Shown here: one piece after another, positions 50,919 through 62,436 of the stretch
How the letters are laid out: each line of letters opens with the position of its first letter
Position numbering within the stretch: position 1 is the stretch's first letter
Assembly (NCBI GenBank): GCA_020637795.1
Contig: JACKJT010000002.1
Span: forward strand, 919,092 to 983,091
Source of the DNA: Hoeflea sp.
Lineage (GTDB): Bacteria > Pseudomonadota > Alphaproteobacteria > Rhizobiales > Rhizobiaceae
Length of the DNA stretch: 64,000 bases
Direction: 5' to 3'
Made by a program: the position numbers and the translations under genes
Notes under the pieces: generated by a model
What the model saw: the letters and a program-made list of their open reading frames with translations, nothing else
Database searches by the model: none
What the model was told of the DNA's origin: nothing

Positions 50919-52097
50919 ATGGCCGACTACATCGATGCGAAACAGGCCGCCGACCGCCTCGGCGTCTCCCGCCAGACGCTCTACGCCTATGTCAGCCGCG
51001 GATTGATCAAGGCCGTGCCCGGCGACGATCCGCGCCAGAGCCGCTATCTCGCCGACGCCATCGACCAGCTGGCCGAAACCAGGCGGCGCGGCCGCAAGCC
51101 CAGGGAAATCGCCAGGGCGACGCTCGACTGGGGCATGCCGGTGCTGGAATCGGGGCTGACGCTGATCGAGAACGGCGCGTGCTACTATCGCGGCCAAAGC
51201 GCCGCAGAACTCTCGCGCACCGCCTCGCTTGAAGGCATCGCCGCCCTGCTCTGGCAGGTGCCCGTGGAGAGCGCCTTCCCGCGCCGCGCCCCTCTCACCA
51301 TCAAGGCCTATCTCGAACTGGCCTCCCAGGCGGGCGATGCGCCGCCGGCCGAAACCCTGCTGCCGCTATTCACTGTCGCGGCGCGTGACGAACCCACTTC
51401 CGTCTGGCGGACCGATCCGGCGGCGGTGGGGCGCGGCGGCGGCGACCTGGTCCGCATCCTCGCCGCCTGCGCGCTCAGACAGGCGCCCTCGGCCGCACCG
51501 GTCCACGAGCAACTCGCGGCAACATGGGGCATCGACGCGGCAGGCGCCGGCCTGATCCGCCAGGCACTCGTCCTCTGTGCCGATCACGAACTCAACGCCT
51601 CGAGCTTCACCGCGCGCTGCATCGCCTCCACCGGCGCCTCGCTGAAGGCCGTCATTGTCGGCGCGCTCGCGGCCTTAAGCGGCGTCAAGCACGGCGCCAC
51701 GACGACAAGCGTCGAGTCCCTCTGGAACAGCATCGATCCCGACGCCCCCGCCAGAAGCCTGCGTGACCGGCTGCAGGCCGGTGGCGCGCTTCCCGGCTTC
51801 GGTCATCCGCTCTATCCCGACGGCGATATCCGAGCAAAAGCAGTGCTTTCGGCTATAGGAGCTGATTTCCCGGAGGCCGCGCGTTTGGCCGCCGCAGTCG
51901 AAAACCTGACCGGCACGGCACCTTCGATCGATTTCGCGCTCGTTGCGCTGAGACGATACCTGCGGCTGCCCGAGGGCTCAGCCTTCCTGCTCTTCGCCAT
52001 CGGCCGCTCGGTCGGCTGGATCGCCCATGGATTGGAGCAACGCACCACGAACCAGCTGATCAGGCCAAGAGCGCTTTACACAGGAAAGCGGCCCTGA
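50919..52097 (+). CDS. HTH (excisionase/MerR-like)-citrate synthase family fusion protein
   Basis: AADRLGVSRQTLYAYVSRGLI HTH, followed by ADHELNAS, SGVKHG, GFGHPLY, SIDF and GRSVGWIAH. Confidence 0.85.
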   Translation: MADYIDAKQAADRLGVSRQTLYAYVSRGLIKAVPGDDPRQSRYLADAIDQLAETRRRGRKPREIARATLDWGMPVLESGLTLIENGACYYRGQSAAELSRTASLEGIAALLWQVPVESAFPRRAPLTIKAYLELASQAGDAPPAETLLPLFTVAARDEPTSVWRTDPAAVGRGGGDLVRILAACALRQAPSAAPVHEQLAATWGIDAAGAGLIRQALVLCADHELNASSFTARCIASTGASLKAVIVGALAALSGVKHGATTTSVESLWNSIDPDAPARSLRDRLQAGGALPGFGHPLYPDGDIRAKAVLSAIGADFPEAARLAAAVENLTGTAPSIDFALVALRRYLRLPEGSAFLLFAIGRSVGWIAHGLEQRTTNQLIRPRALYTGKRP

Positions 52098-52185
52098 GGC
52101 GGAAGCAGGTTTTCCGCGCTTGTCTACACCACCGCCAGCTGGCACTTTGCTGATGTATGATTCACACAGCAGGGAGAGGGAGCAG

Positions 52186-52362
52186 ATGGCTCACAAGTTT
52201 GAAATCTACAAGGACAAGAAGGGCGAATTCCGCGTTCGCTTCAAGTACAACAACGAGATCATGTTCTCGACGGAAGGCTATTCGAGCAAGGCCAGCGCCC
52301 AGAACGCCATTGACTCGATCAAGAAAAACGGCCCCGCGGCCCCGGTCGAAGACAACAGCTGA
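52186..52362 (+). CDS. YegP/DUF1508-family small protein
   Basis: KFEIYKDKKGEFRVRF...EGYSSKASAQNAI.SIK. Confidence 0.88.
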   Translation: MAHKFEIYKDKKGEFRVRFKYNNEIMFSTEGYSSKASAQNAIDSIKKNGPAAPVEDNS

Positions 52363-52377
52363 ATTCAGGCCGGGGAA

Positions 52378-52400
52378 CGGGGGCAGTTTACTTTTGGCGC
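52378..52400 (+). repeat. Left arm of a REP-like palindrome
   Basis: CGGGGGCAGTTTACTTTTGGCGC; 21/23 identical to the reverse complement of 53890-53912. Confidence 0.85.
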
Positions 52401-52422
52401 AATATCCAATGGGGGTGGTCTA

Positions 52423-53267
52423 GGCTCAAGACCCATAAAGGGGAATCACGCCGGTCCTGATATGTGATTTAAACTCCCACCTGTTGGGAGTTTTTGATGT
52501 CGTCGCACCACTTCTGGCTTTCCGAAGAGCAGTTCGCCCGCATCCAGCCCTTCTTGCCGAACAAGCCGCGCGGCGTGCCGCGAGTTGATGATCGCCGTGT
52601 CATCAGCGGGATCATTCACGTCATTCGGAACGGCCTGATGTGGCGCGATGCGCCGGAACGTTACGGCCCGCACAAGACACTCTACAACCGGTTCATCCGA
52701 TGGAGCCGGGCGGGCGTTTTTGACCGGATCTTCAAAGAACTCGCGGCCATGAGCGCGGCGACGGACACGGTGATGATCGACGCCACCCATCACAAAGCGC
52801 ATCGCACGGCGGCGAGCCTGCTTAAAAAGGGGGCGTTCCCCGGTGTATAGGGCGAACCAAAGGCGGCTTGAACTCCAAGCTGCACGCAGTTTGCGATGGT
52901 GACGGAAGGCCTTTGATATTGCTGCTCACCGAGGGACAGGTCAGTGACTACAAGGGGGCCGCGACCGTGCTACCCGCCTTGCCTGACGCCGACCTTCTTA
53001 TCGCGGATCGCGGTTATGACGCCGACTGGTTCCGCGCCGCGCTTGAAAGCCGAGACATCGAACCCTGCATCCCTGGTCGGAAAGGGCGCAAGGAGCCGGT
53101 CGAATACGATGAAGACCGATACAAGGACCGCAATCTGATCGAACGTATGTTCGGAAAGCTCAAGGATTGGAGGCGAATCTCAACCCGATACGACCGCTGC
53201 GCTCATACCTTCATGTCGGCAATCTGCATCGCAGCTACCGTCATATTCTGGTTATGAGTCCTGAGCC
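52423..53267 (+). mobile_element. IS5-family (IS427-like) insertion sequence, 845 bp
   Basis: IRL GGCTCAAGACCCATAA and IRR TTATGAGTCCTGAGCC (14/16 match), TA on both sides, two-ORF transposase. Confidence 0.92.
52497..53257 (+). CDS. IS5 transposase expressed by -1 programmed frameshift (orfA 52497-52850, orfB to 53257)
   Basis: A5G5 slippery site at 52824-52833; DDE motifs MIDAT / ADRGYD / LIERMF. Confidence 0.88.
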
Positions 53268-53716
53268 TAGTCCCGATTTAAAATCATAATCTCATATTTT
53301 GATTTTGAGAATCCTGCTTTCTGGTAAGCCTTTATGGCGCCTTTGTTTTCATTGTGGACATACAGCCGCAACTCCAATGCGCCTTCAAGTTCCATAGATG
53401 ATCTTATGGAGCTCAAAAGTAAATTCATCAGGCCCTGCCCCCTGTATTTTTGAGAGACATACATGCTCTGAATCCACCAGTACCAACCGGCGTTCCAATC
53501 GCTCCACTCACGTATGATGGATCCGCTGCCTATCGGGTTATTTGTTTCATCTACAAGAATCCAGTAACGGGCAATTTTATCATTTTCAAGTGCCGCCCTT
53601 ATTCCTTCACGAAGCATGTCCGTGTTCTTCTTAATGCCCTCCGCTTCAAATGCTTCTTGTGTAGTGAAATGAACCAGAATATCCAAGTCTCCGAATTCGG
53701 CATCTCTTACTTTCAT
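53267..53716 (-). CDS. GNAT-family N-acetyltransferase (AT-rich passenger gene)
   Basis: EWSDW, WIQSMYV..YRGQG and N..A...Y.K.GF motifs; visibly lower GC than neighbouring genes. Confidence 0.88.
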   Translation of the reverse strand: MKVRDAEFGDLDILVHFTTQEAFEAEGIKKNTDMLREGIRAALENDKIARYWILVDETNNPIGSGSIIREWSDWNAGWYWWIQSMYVSQKYRGQGLMNLLLSSIRSSMELEGALELRLYVHNENKGAIKAYQKAGFSKSKYEIMILNRD

Positions 53717-53816
53717 CGTGACCCCTTACTCTATTATCTTGATGCGCAGCGCAGTGGTGCAAGAAAGATTATTGAGCAGAGCCGGGTTGGTACGTCCGTA
53801 ACCGATCCATTCGGTC

Positions 53817-53876
53817 TACGCTATGCTCAAACTCGCCGCCGTCAAAATTTGACCTCGCTCTTATGAGTCCTGAGCC
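53817..53876 (+). pseudogene. 3' remnant of a related IS5 transposase with an intact right inverted repeat
   Basis: Reads YAMLKLAAVKI*PRSYES*, ending in TTATGAGTCCTGAGCC (identical to the IRR at 53252-53267) followed by TA. Confidence 0.75.
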
Positions 53877-53889
53877 TAACGGACCCTGA

Positions 53890-53912
53890 GTGCCAAAAGT
53901 AAACTGTCCCCG
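53890..53912 (-). repeat. Right arm of the REP-like palindrome
   Basis: GTGCCAAAAGTAAACTGTCCCCG, an inverted copy of 52378-52400. Confidence 0.85.
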
Positions 53913-53915
53913 ATG

Positions 53916-54518
53916 TTATTCGCACACCGCTGGCAGCCCGCCGATCACGAGATCCGCGACGATGTCGGCATAGGCGTCGCGGTCCACGGGCCCGCCCGGC
54001 TTGTACCAGAGATAGAACCAGTTGAGCATGCCGAACACCGACATCGTCACCGGCGCTAGAAGCTCCGGCCGCGCCCTGAACCGTTCGGGTTCGATCTCGC
54101 GCACGCACTCCGACATGCAGGCCACCAGCCGCCGCTGAAGCGCGCGCAGATGCACCTGGTTGTCCTCCGGCAGCGACGACAGCGCATCGAGCTGCACCTT
54201 GTGTTCGGCGTCGGAATCCCGGTAGGCGATCAGGATGGCGCGGACCAGCGCACGTAGCCGCCCGGAGGGCGATCCGGGCTCGGCCGCGGCCGTTTCCACC
54301 ACCTCCACCAGCGCCGTCAGATGCGTGTCGAGAATATCGAACAGCAGCGCATCCTTGGACGGATAATAGTGATAGATCAATGCCTTGGAGACGCCGCAGG
54401 CATCCGCCAGCTTGCCCATCGAGGCCCGGTCAAACCCGTGTTTCGCGAAGAAAACCGCGGCGGTCTTGAGGATCGCCTCGCGTTTTGCCTCGTGATCCTT
54501 GGCGATTGTCCGGGCCAT
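53916..54518 (-). CDS. TetR-family regulator, probable PaaR
   Basis: MARTIAKDH...GVSKALIYHYY; immediately downstream of paaK. Confidence 0.85.
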   Translation of the reverse strand: MARTIAKDHEAKREAILKTAAVFFAKHGFDRASMGKLADACGVSKALIYHYYPSKDALLFDILDTHLTALVEVVETAAAEPGSPSGRLRALVRAILIAYRDSDAEHKVQLDALSSLPEDNQVHLRALQRRLVACMSECVREIEPERFRARPELLAPVTMSVFGMLNWFYLWYKPGGPVDRDAYADIVADLVIGGLPAVCE

Positions 54519-54522
54519 GGCC

Positions 54523-55833
54523 TCAGGTCCGGTTCCGGTTGTCGACCACGCGCTTGGCCTTGCCCTCGGAGCGCGCCACCTTGCCCGGTTCCTGCACGTT
54601 GATCCGGGCGGTGACCCCGACCACGCTCTTGATGTGATGCGCCAGTTCCTTGCCCGATGCCGTGCGCGCTTCTTCGGACGCACTCGAGACAGTGCACTCC
54701 ACATGCACGGTCATCTGATCCATGCGGCCGCTGGTGGAGAGCTCGATCTGGAAATGCGGCGCAAGGCCTGTGCATTTGAGGATCTGCTCCTCGATCTGGG
54801 TCGGAAACACATTGACGCCGCGCAGGATGATCATGTCATCGGAACGCCCGGTGATCTTCTCCATCCGCCGCATCGACCGCGCCGTGCCGGGCAGCAGCCG
54901 GGTCAGGTCGCGGGTGCGGTAGCGCACCATCGGCAAGGCCTCTTTGCTCAGCGTCGTGAACACCAGTTCGCCGATTTCGCCGTCCGGCAGCACTTCGCCG
55001 GTGACCGGGTCGATGATCTCGGGATAGAAATGATCTTCCCAGATGTGCAGCCCGTCCTTGGTCTCGACGCACTCGTTGGCAACCCCCGGTCCCATCACCT
55101 CGGAAAGCCCGTATATGTCGACGGCATGCATGTCGAAGGCCTGCTCGATCTCGCTGCGCATCGAATTGGTCCACGGCTCGGCCCCGAAAATACCGACGGC
55201 CAGCGAACTCTCGCGCGGATCGATGCCCTGCCGGCGGAACTCGTCAAGAATCGACAGCATGTAGGACGGCGTCACCATGATCACTTGCGGCTTGAAATCA
55301 GTGATCAGCTGCACCTGCCGCTCGGTCATGCCGCCCGAAATCGGCACCACCGTGCAGCCGAGCCGCTCGGCCCCGTAATGCGCGCCGAGACCGCCGGTAA
55401 ACAGCCCGTAGCCGTAGGAGACATGCACGATATCGCCCGGGCGCCCGCCCGAGGCCCGGATCGAGCGCGCCACCAGATCCGACCACATGTCGATATCGGC
55501 CGCGGTGTAGCCGACCACGGTCGGCTTGCCGGTGGTCCCCGACGAGCCGTGGATCCGCACCACCTTCTCGCGCGGCACCGCGAACATGCCGAAGGGATAG
55601 TTGTCCCTCAGGTCGATCTTGGTGGTGAACGGAAATTTCGACAGGTCGGCCAGCGTCTTCAGATCGTCCGGATGCACGCCTTTTTCGTCAAACGACGCCT
55701 TGTAGTGCGGCACGTTCTCGTAGGCATGCGCCAGCGACCATTTCATCCGTTTGAGCTGCAGCGCGGCAATCTCGTCGCGCGAGGCGGTTTCGATCGGATC
55801 GAGACTTGCCCGGTCGGGCGTCAAATCAAGCAT
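54523..55833 (-). CDS. paaK: Phenylacetate-CoA ligase
   Basis: HGSSGTTGKPT, YGYGLFTGGLG, DIYGLSEVMGPG and RYRTRD motifs. Confidence 0.95.
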   Translation of the reverse strand: MLDLTPDRASLDPIETASRDEIAALQLKRMKWSLAHAYENVPHYKASFDEKGVHPDDLKTLADLSKFPFTTKIDLRDNYPFGMFAVPREKVVRIHGSSGTTGKPTVVGYTAADIDMWSDLVARSIRASGGRPGDIVHVSYGYGLFTGGLGAHYGAERLGCTVVPISGGMTERQVQLITDFKPQVIMVTPSYMLSILDEFRRQGIDPRESSLAVGIFGAEPWTNSMRSEIEQAFDMHAVDIYGLSEVMGPGVANECVETKDGLHIWEDHFYPEIIDPVTGEVLPDGEIGELVFTTLSKEALPMVRYRTRDLTRLLPGTARSMRRMEKITGRSDDMIILRGVNVFPTQIEEQILKCTGLAPHFQIELSTSGRMDQMTVHVECTVSSASEEARTASGKELAHHIKSVVGVTARINVQEPGKVARSEGKAKRVVDNRNRT

Positions 55834-55911
55834 CGGGTTCTCCTGCAATCCCGGGACGACGGCTCACGCTGAACCGGCACGCCCTCTTCCTAACTCTGTT
55901 CTGCTACCGCC

Positions 55912-56355
55912 TCAGGCGGCAGGCTCTTCGAAATGCGTGCCCGAAATGGTCCGCGACAGCCCGCGGAACTCGGCGATCGTCACCCCGTCCTGTCGCGTCA
56001 CGCTAACATCGTAGACGCCGGACCGTCCGGCCAGCGTCACCTCGCGCGCGGTTGCGGTCAGCCGGTCACCTTCCCGTCCCGGCGCCAGGAACGTCACCGA
56101 GCAGTGCTGCGCCACGGTAATCGTGTTGTGGCTGTTGCAGGCAAAGGCAAAGGCGCTGTCGGCCAGCGTGAAGATCGCCCCGCCGTGGCAAGAGCCATGG
56201 CCGTTGAGATGGTCCTTGCGCACCGTCATCGACAGTGTCGCCGTGCCCGGCCCCACTGCATCGATGCTCATACCCATGCCCTTGGTGGTGTGGTCGTCCC
56301 TGAGCATGGCCTCCGAGGACCGCTCGGCGCGTTCCTGGTCCGAGATCGCGCTCAT
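55912..56355 (-). CDS. paaI: Phenylacetyl-CoA thioesterase
   Basis: NGHGSCHGGAIFTLADSAFAFACNS. Confidence 0.92.
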   Translation of the reverse strand: MSAISDQERAERSSEAMLRDDHTTKGMGMSIDAVGPGTATLSMTVRKDHLNGHGSCHGGAIFTLADSAFAFACNSHNTITVAQHCSVTFLAPGREGDRLTATAREVTLAGRSGVYDVSVTRQDGVTIAEFRGLSRTISGTHFEEPAA

Positions 56356-57143
56356 TGGCTGCCCCCGAACTTCGGTTCGCGCTTTTCCAGAAAGGCCCGC
56401 ACGCCCTCGGCGTAATCGGCCGAGAAACCGGCCTCGCGCTGGGTCTCGGCTTCGAGATCGAGATGCGCGTCGAGCTCCTGCCCGGCAGCCGCCTGGATCA
56501 GGCCCTTCATCAGGCCGAGCCCGAAGGTCGGCCCCACGGCAAGGCGGCCGGCCAGCGCCCGCGCTTCGTCCATAAGCTCGGCATCGTCACAGGTTTTCCA
56601 GATCATGCCCCAATGCTCGGCCCGCTCGGCGGTCACCGGCTCGGCGGTCATGGCGATCGCCTTCGCGCGCGCCTCGCCGATCAGCCGCGGCAGCATCCAC
56701 GATCCTCCGGCATCGGGAATGAGGCCGACCCGGGAAAACGACTGGATGAACTTGGCGCTGCGAGCCGCCAGCACGATGTCGCAGGCGAGCGCCAGATTGG
56801 CCCCGGCCCCCGCCGCCACGCCGTTGACCGCGCAGACGACAGGCTTTTCCAGCGTCCGGATGCGGCGGATCAGCGGATTGTAGAACCGCGTCAGCGTGTC
56901 GCCCAGATCCGGCGGACCGTCCATCTTGGACGGATCGCGCGCCGACAGATCCTGCCCCGCGCAGAAGCCGCGCCCCGCCCCGGTCAGCAGCACCGCCCGG
57001 CAGCGCGCATCGTCCCGCGCCATCTCGAGACAGTCCGCCAGGACCAGGTGCATCTCGTCGTTGAAGGAATTCAATCGATCCGGCCGGTTCAGCGTGATTT
57101 CCAGCACGCCGCCGTTCCAGGAATGTAGTACCGGTTCACTCAT
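56352..57143 (-). CDS. paaG: 2-(1,2-epoxy-1,2-dihydrophenyl)acetyl-CoA isomerase
   Basis: TLNRPDRLNSF, FCAGQDL, AAGAGANLALACD and GLIPDAGG motifs. Confidence 0.92.
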   Translation of the reverse strand: MSEPVLHSWNGGVLEITLNRPDRLNSFNDEMHLVLADCLEMARDDARCRAVLLTGAGRGFCAGQDLSARDPSKMDGPPDLGDTLTRFYNPLIRRIRTLEKPVVCAVNGVAAGAGANLALACDIVLAARSAKFIQSFSRVGLIPDAGGSWMLPRLIGEARAKAIAMTAEPVTAERAEHWGMIWKTCDDAELMDEARALAGRLAVGPTFGLGLMKGLIQAAAGQELDAHLDLEAETQREAGFSADYAEGVRAFLEKREPKFGGSQ

Positions 57144-57174
57144 CGCAGGGGTCCTCCTGAAAATAATGGTTGCA

Positions 57175-57194
57175 TAAGCCGACCGGTTGGTCAA
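57175..57194. promoter_or_regulatory. PaaR-type operator between the divergent paa units
   Basis: TAAGCCGACCGGTTGGTCAA, an imperfect palindrome around ACCGGT. Confidence 0.7.
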
Positions 57195-57255
57195 TTAATA
57201 ATCTCACGGTATTTGATACTTAAAATTTCACTTCGCCACTCCGGGAGCCGCCACA

Positions 57256-59319
<2,064 letters not shown>

Positions 59320-59379
59320 TCATCCCGCGCCGCATGGGCGCAAGACAGATGGCGGTCAGCCGCCAAAAGGGAGAGAGAC

Positions 59380-61416
59380 ATGGGTTTGATCAACGTCCAC
59401 AGCTTCGTCGCCGGCAACTGGCTTCCGGCCGATGACGGCGCCCGTCCGATCGCCAGCGCCGTCACCGGCGAGCCGCTGGCCATCGCCGGCCAGTCGGCGC
59501 TCGACACGCAATCCATGATCGATTTCGCCCGTCTCAAGGGCGGACCGGCGCTGCGGGCCATGACCTTCCATGACCGCGCTCGCATGCTGAAAGCGCTGGC
59601 GCTGGAACTCGGAAAGTTCAAGGACGAGCTCTACGCCCTGTCCTACACAACCGGCGCCACAAAGCCCGACTCGATGATCGACATCGACGGCGGCATCGGC
59701 ACCATGCTGGTCTATGCCTCCAAGGGCCGCCGCGAAATGCCCGATGGTCACATCTATGTCGACGGCGAGCTGGAAATGCTCTCGCGCAACGGCAGCTTTG
59801 TTGGCCAGCATGTCGCCACCTCGCTTCAAGGCGTCGCCGTCCATATCAACGCCTTCAACTTCCCGGTCTGGGGCATGCTCGAGAAGTTCGCGCCCACCCT
59901 GCTCGCCGGCATGCCTGCGATCGTCAAGCCGGCGACGGCCACCTGCCACGTCACCGAGCAATGCGTCCGCCGCATGCTCGAGAGCGGCATCCTGCCCGAG
60001 GGCGCCGTGCAGCTGGTCTCCGGCGGCCTCGGCGACCTGCTCGACCGGCTCGACTACCAGGACGTGGTCGGTTTCACCGGCTCGGCAAAGACCGCGCTGA
60101 TGCTGCGCTCCAATCCGCATTTGCTTGAAAACTCCGTCCGCTTCGTCGCCGAGCAGGACAGCCTCAACGCCTCCGTGCTCGGCCCCGACGTCACGCCGGA
60201 CAGCCCCGAATTCGACATCCTGGTCAAGGAGGTTGTCCGCGAGATGACGGCGAAAGCCGGCCAGAAATGCACCGCCATCCGCCGCATCATCGTGCCCCAG
60301 GCGCTCATCGGCCCGGTCGGCGAAGCCATTGCCGGGAAGCTCTCGACAATCCGCATCGGCGACCCGGCACTCGAGACCACCCGCATGGGCGCGCTGGCGT
60401 CCGCCGCGCAGAAGGCCGACGTGCTCGACAAGGCAGGCCGGATCGCCGCCGAATGCCGCCAGCTTGCCGGCGACCAGGATGCGTTCGAGGTCGATGGCGC
60501 CGACAAGGCGAAGGGCGCCTTCGTCGCCCCGATGCTGTTTGCCTGCGACGATCCGGATGCGGCAGAAGCCGTTCACTCGGTCGAGGCCTTCGGCCCGGTC
60601 GCAACCCTGATGCCCTACCGCCACCTGGCGCATGCCGGGCAATTGATGAACCGGGGCAAGGGAAGCCTTGTCGCCTCCGTCATCACCCATGATCCGGCCG
60701 TCGCCCGCTCGCTGCTGGTCGACGCCGGCGCCGCCCATGGCCGCATCTATGTCAACAACCGCGACAGTGCGAAGGAAGCGACAGGCCACGGCTCGCCGCT
60801 GCCGCACATGGTCCATGGCGGACCGGGACGCGCCGGCGGCGGCGAGGAACTGGGCGGCATCCGCGGCGTCATGCACTACATGCAGCGCACCGCCGTCCAG
60901 GGTAGCCCCGACATCATTTCCGGCATCACCGGCACCTGGATCAAGGGTGCGGCCAAGCCGAAATCAGCGGTGCATCCCTTCACCCGCACCTTCGATGAAC
61001 TCGAAATCGGCGACACCATCGAGGCCGGCCCGCGTACCGTCACACTCGAGGACATCGAGACTTTCGCCCACTTCACCGGCGACACCTTCTACGCCCACAT
61101 GGACGAGGAGGCGGCCAAGGCCAACCCGTTCTTCCCCGGCCGCGTCGCCCACGGCTACCTGCTCCTGTCCTTTGCAGCCGGTCTGTTCGTCGAGCCGGCC
61201 CCCGGTCCGGTGCTCGCCAATACAGGCCTCGACGGCCTCAAGTTCATGAAGCCGGTCTCGCCCGGCGACGCGATCTCGGTCGAGCTCACCGTCAAGCGCA
61301 AGACCCGCCGCACCGACGAGTACGGCGAAGTCCGCTGGCACGTCGCGGTGCTGAACCAGGACGGCGACGACGTGGCCGAATACGAGCTGCACACGATGAA
61401 CGCCTACGCGCGGTAA
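59380..61416 (+). CDS. paaZ: Oxepin-CoA hydrolase / aldehyde dehydrogenase PaaZ
   Basis: [16 protein letters not shown] and [12 protein letters not shown] motifs; MaoC GDTFYAH. Confidence 0.95.
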   Translation: MGLINVHSFVAGNWLPADDGARPIASAVTGEPLAIAGQSALDTQSMIDFARLKGGPALRAMTFHDRARMLKALALELGKFKDELYALSYTTGATKPDSMIDIDGGIGTMLVYASKGRREMPDGHIYVDGELEMLSRNGSFVGQHVATSLQGVAVHINAFNFPVWGMLEKFAPTLLAGMPAIVKPATATCHVTEQCVRRMLESGILPEGAVQLVSGGLGDLLDRLDYQDVVGFTGSAKTALMLRSNPHLLENSVRFVAEQDSLNASVLGPDVTPDSPEFDILVKEVVREMTAKAGQKCTAIRRIIVPQALIGPVGEAIAGKLSTIRIGDPALETTRMGALASAAQKADVLDKAGRIAAECRQLAGDQDAFEVDGADKAKGAFVAPMLFACDDPDAAEAVHSVEAFGPVATLMPYRHLAHAGQLMNRGKGSLVASVITHDPAVARSLLVDAGAAHGRIYVNNRDSAKEATGHGSPLPHMVHGGPGRAGGGEELGGIRGVMHYMQRTAVQGSPDIISGITGTWIKGAAKPKSAVHPFTRTFDELEIGDTIEAGPRTVTLEDIETFAHFTGDTFYAHMDEEAAKANPFFPGRVAHGYLLLSFAAGLFVEPAPGPVLANTGLDGLKFMKPVSPGDAISVELTVKRKTRRTDEYGEVRWHVAVLNQDGDDVAEYELHTMNAYAR

Positions 61417-61525
61417 GCAGAGCGACTGCCCGCAACTCGGGCAAGGATGGCCTCCGCGTCAGCCAGGAATCCATGTGAAAACAACCGGATAGGGCGGAAT
61501 TGCGATTCAGTTTCGCAACCGCGCC

Positions 61526-62251
61526 CTATTGCAGGCTGGCCAGCTCCAGGATGAACTTCCTGCGGATCATCTCGCCGAACGAGGCATAGCCCTTGGCGGC
61601 CTGGACGAAGGATCCGGGCCCGCCCACTACATTGGCCTCGAAATAGCGCACAAGCCCGCCGACGGGCCGCGTGTGCGTGCCGTCGGGAAACGGCGAAAGC
61701 GAATCCTCGATCGCCAGCGCATTGATCACCACGCCCCGGCTCACCGCCAGGTCGCGGATAACATCGATGCGCGCGCCGACATTGCTGGTGCCGTCCGAGG
61801 AAATGTCGATCACCATCCGCCGCGCCGCCACGGGGGCCGATTGAAACCGGCGCAGGCAATACTCCACCACCTGGCTGGTCGAGGTGTTGCGCACGCTCAT
61901 GCTGATCCATGGCGGCAAGGCCGAGTGGCGGATCTTGCGGGCGGCATCACGCGCCGTTGCCATGTCTCCGATCACCTGCCAGTCCATCTCGGCATATTGC
62001 TGCAACTGGTCGGCCCATTCCACATAGTGGACCGCGATCCGGCCGTACGCACCCGCCTGGATCAGGGCGACCACCTCCGGGTCCTCGATCGCCGAGGCGT
62101 GGCCCTGTTTCTGCAGGTCATATTCGCCGGCGGTCACGCTTTCCGACACGTCGGCGGCCAGGCACAACAGCATGTCCACCTGCTCTGCGCGTGCAGATGA
62201 CACTGTGAGCAGTGACAGCGCGATTGCGCCAAGGAGGCTGTTTCTCACCAT
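61526..62251 (-). CDS. DUF1194 (vWA-like) exported protein
   Basis: Signal peptide, DVSES MIDAS-like motif, IDISSDG, VVGGPGSF. Confidence 0.82.
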   Translation of the reverse strand: MVRNSLLGAIALSLLTVSSARAEQVDMLLCLAADVSESVTAGEYDLQKQGHASAIEDPEVVALIQAGAYGRIAVHYVEWADQLQQYAEMDWQVIGDMATARDAARKIRHSALPPWISMSVRNTSTSQVVEYCLRRFQSAPVAARRMVIDISSDGTSNVGARIDVIRDLAVSRGVVINALAIEDSLSPFPDGTHTRPVGGLVRYFEANVVGGPGSFVQAAKGYASFGEMIRRKFILELASLQ

Positions 62252-62281
62252 GCCCCTCTCCTGTGAGCCATCATGGCCCGG

Positions 62282-62296
62282 GCATTGAGTGTGCCA
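62282..62296 (-). promoter_or_regulatory. Possible sigma54 promoter for the DUF1194 gene
   Basis: Minus strand TGGCAC-ACTCA-ATGC, about 30 bp upstream of the start. Confidence 0.4.
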
Positions 62297-62436
62297 CAAA
62301 AACGGAATCTGTAAATTGGCCATGCCCCGGGCGCGGCGTTGCACGCCATTCAGCCGGAAAACCCGACGGGCAAACATCGCTCTCGATTTTCGAGTTGTTG
62401 CTGCTAGTCTCCGGCCCAGCCAGGGGGAGAGACAGA

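Noticed and set aside
53267-53815. Integron cassette for the GNAT gene
   Set aside because: No attC-like RYYYAAC...GTTRRRY structure and no integrase seen.
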